Positions 62,085 through 64,000 of a stretch of DNA of 64,000 bases are shown here, one piece after another. The position numbers and the translations under genes were made by a program. The DNA comes from Mizuhopecten yessoensis (taxonomy: Eukaryota): contig NW_018407853.1 in the NCBI RefSeq assembly GCF_002113885.1, positions 904,486 to 968,485 on the forward strand. Direction: 5' to 3'. Every line of letters starts with the position of its first letter. Position 1 is the first letter of the stretch. The notes beneath the pieces were generated by a model. The model was given only the letters and a program-made list of their open reading frames with translations, did no database searches and was not told the origin of the DNA.

Positions 62085-64000
62085 GTAAACACACCATACA
62101 CTGCTGTCTGTACAGGTAAACACACCATACACTGCTGTATGTACAGGTAAACACACCATACACTGATGTCTGTACAGGTAAACACACCATACACTGCCAT
62201 CTGTACAGGTAAACACACCATACACTTGTGTCTGTACAAGTAAACACACCATACACTGCTGTCTGTACAGGTAAACACACCATACACTGTCATATGTACA
62301 TGTAAACACACCATTATAATGACATCTGTAAAGGTAAACACACCATACACTGCCATCTGTACAGGTAAACACACCATACACTGCCATCTGTACAGGTAAA
62401 CACACCATACACTGCCATCTGTACAGGTAAACACACCATACACTGCTGTCTGTACAGGTAAACACACCATACACTGCTGTCTGTACAGGTAAACACACCA
62501 TACACTGCTGTCTGTACAGGTAAACACACCATACACTGCTGTCTGTACAGGTAAACACACCATACACTGCTGTCTGTACAGGTAAACACACCATACACTG
62601 CTGTCTGTACAGGTAAACACACCATACACTGCTGTCTGTACAGGTAAACACACCATACACTGCTGTCTGTACAGGTAAACACACCATACACTGCTGTCTG
62701 TACAGGTAAACACACCATACACTGCTGTCTGTACAGGTAAACACACCATACACTGCTGTCTGTACAGGTAAACACACCATACACTGCTGTCTGTACAGGT
62801 AAACACACCATACACTGCTGTCTGTACAGGTAAACACACCATACACTGCTGTCTGTACAGGTAAACACACCATACACTGCTGTCTGTACAGGTAAACACA
62901 CCATACACTGCTGTCTGTACAGGTAAACACACCATACACTGCTGTCTGTAAAGGTAAACACACCATACACTGCCATCTGTACAGGTAAACACACCATACA
63001 CTGCCATCTGTACAGGTAAACACACCATACACTGCTGTCTGTACAGGTAAACACACCATACACTGCTGTCTGTACAGGTAAACACACCATACACTGCTGT
63101 CTGTACAGGTAAACACACCATACACTGCTGTCTGTACAGGTAAACACACCATACACTGCTGTCTGTACAGGTAAACACACCATACACTGCTGTCTGTACA
63201 GGTAAACACACCATACACTGCTGTCTGTACAGGTAAACACACCATACACTGCTGTCTGTACAGGTAAACACACCATACACTGCTGTCTGTACAGGTAAAC
63301 ACACCATACACTGCTGTCTGTACAGGTAAACACACCATACACTGCTGTCTGTACAGGTAAACACACCATACACTGCTGTCTGTACAGGTAAACACACCAT
63401 ACACTGCTGTCTGTACAGGTAAACACACCATACACTGCTGTCTGTACAGGTAAACACACCATACACTGCTGTCTGTACAGGTAAACACACCATACACTGC
63501 TGTCTGTACAGGTAAACACACCATACACTGCTGTCTGTACAGGTAAACACACCATACACTGCTGTCTGTACAGGTAAACACACCATACACTGCTGTCTGT
63601 ACAGGTAAACACACCATACACTGCTGTCTGTACAGGTAAACACACCATACACTGCTGTCTGTACAGGTAAACACACCATACACTGCTGTCTGTACAGGTA
63701 AACACACCATACACTGCTGTCTGTACAGGTAAACACACCATACACTGCTGTCTGTACAGGTAAACACACCATACACTGCTGTCTGTACAGGTAAACACAC
63801 CATACACTGCTGTCTGTACAGGTAAACACACCATACACTGCTGTCTGTACAGGTAAACACACCATACACTGCTGTCTGTACAGGTAAACACACCATACAC
63901 TGCTGTCTGTACAGGTAAACACACCATACACTGCTGTCTGTACAGGTAAACACACCATACACTGCTGTCTGTACAGGTAAACACACCATACACTGCTGTC
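62070..64000 (+). repeat. 31-bp minisatellite (gtaaacacaccatacactgctgtctgtacag), about 62 units, running off the window
   Basis: Highly homogeneous; begins at the donor ctgtaaag|gtaaac (62084/62085). Confidence 0.97.

Noticed and set aside
62022-63993. 559-655 aa Cys/Val-rich minus-strand ORFs
   Set aside because: All three frames give the same periodic peptide because the 31-bp unit has no minus-strand stop; this is a repeat artefact inside a plus-strand intron.

Overview
AT-rich, intron-rich animal genomic DNA. The repeat families and the HSPA12 gene suggest a bivalve mollusc (inference). I reconstructed five host genes by hand from GT-AG junctions: the 3' end of coronin-7 (+), a complete 9-coding-exon HSPA12-family gene (-), a 7-exon chymotrypsin/elastase-type S1 serine protease (-), TIMM8 (-), and the 5' part of a cyclic-nucleotide-binding-domain gene (+). 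Mobile DNA includes a ~6.5 kb tyrosine-recombinase (DIRS-order) retrotransposon, two truncated LINEs, a TRIM with tRNA-derived LTRs plus a solo LTR, several Helentron-associated (HINE/DINE-1-like) elements, nested MITEs and about eight minisatellites. The most notable observations are: (1) the YR retroelement has Ngaro-type coding content but is bounded by 86-bp inverted repeats, with a 61-bp leader array, an apparent leader intron, a 3' hairpin-motif array and an open recombinase ORF next to a dead RT; (2) three unrelated minisatellites each start exactly at an exon/intron junction and repeat the splice donor; (3) HSPA12 has a myristoylation-like N-terminus built from phase-0 mini-exons. All coordinates were read by eye and may be off by a few bases.
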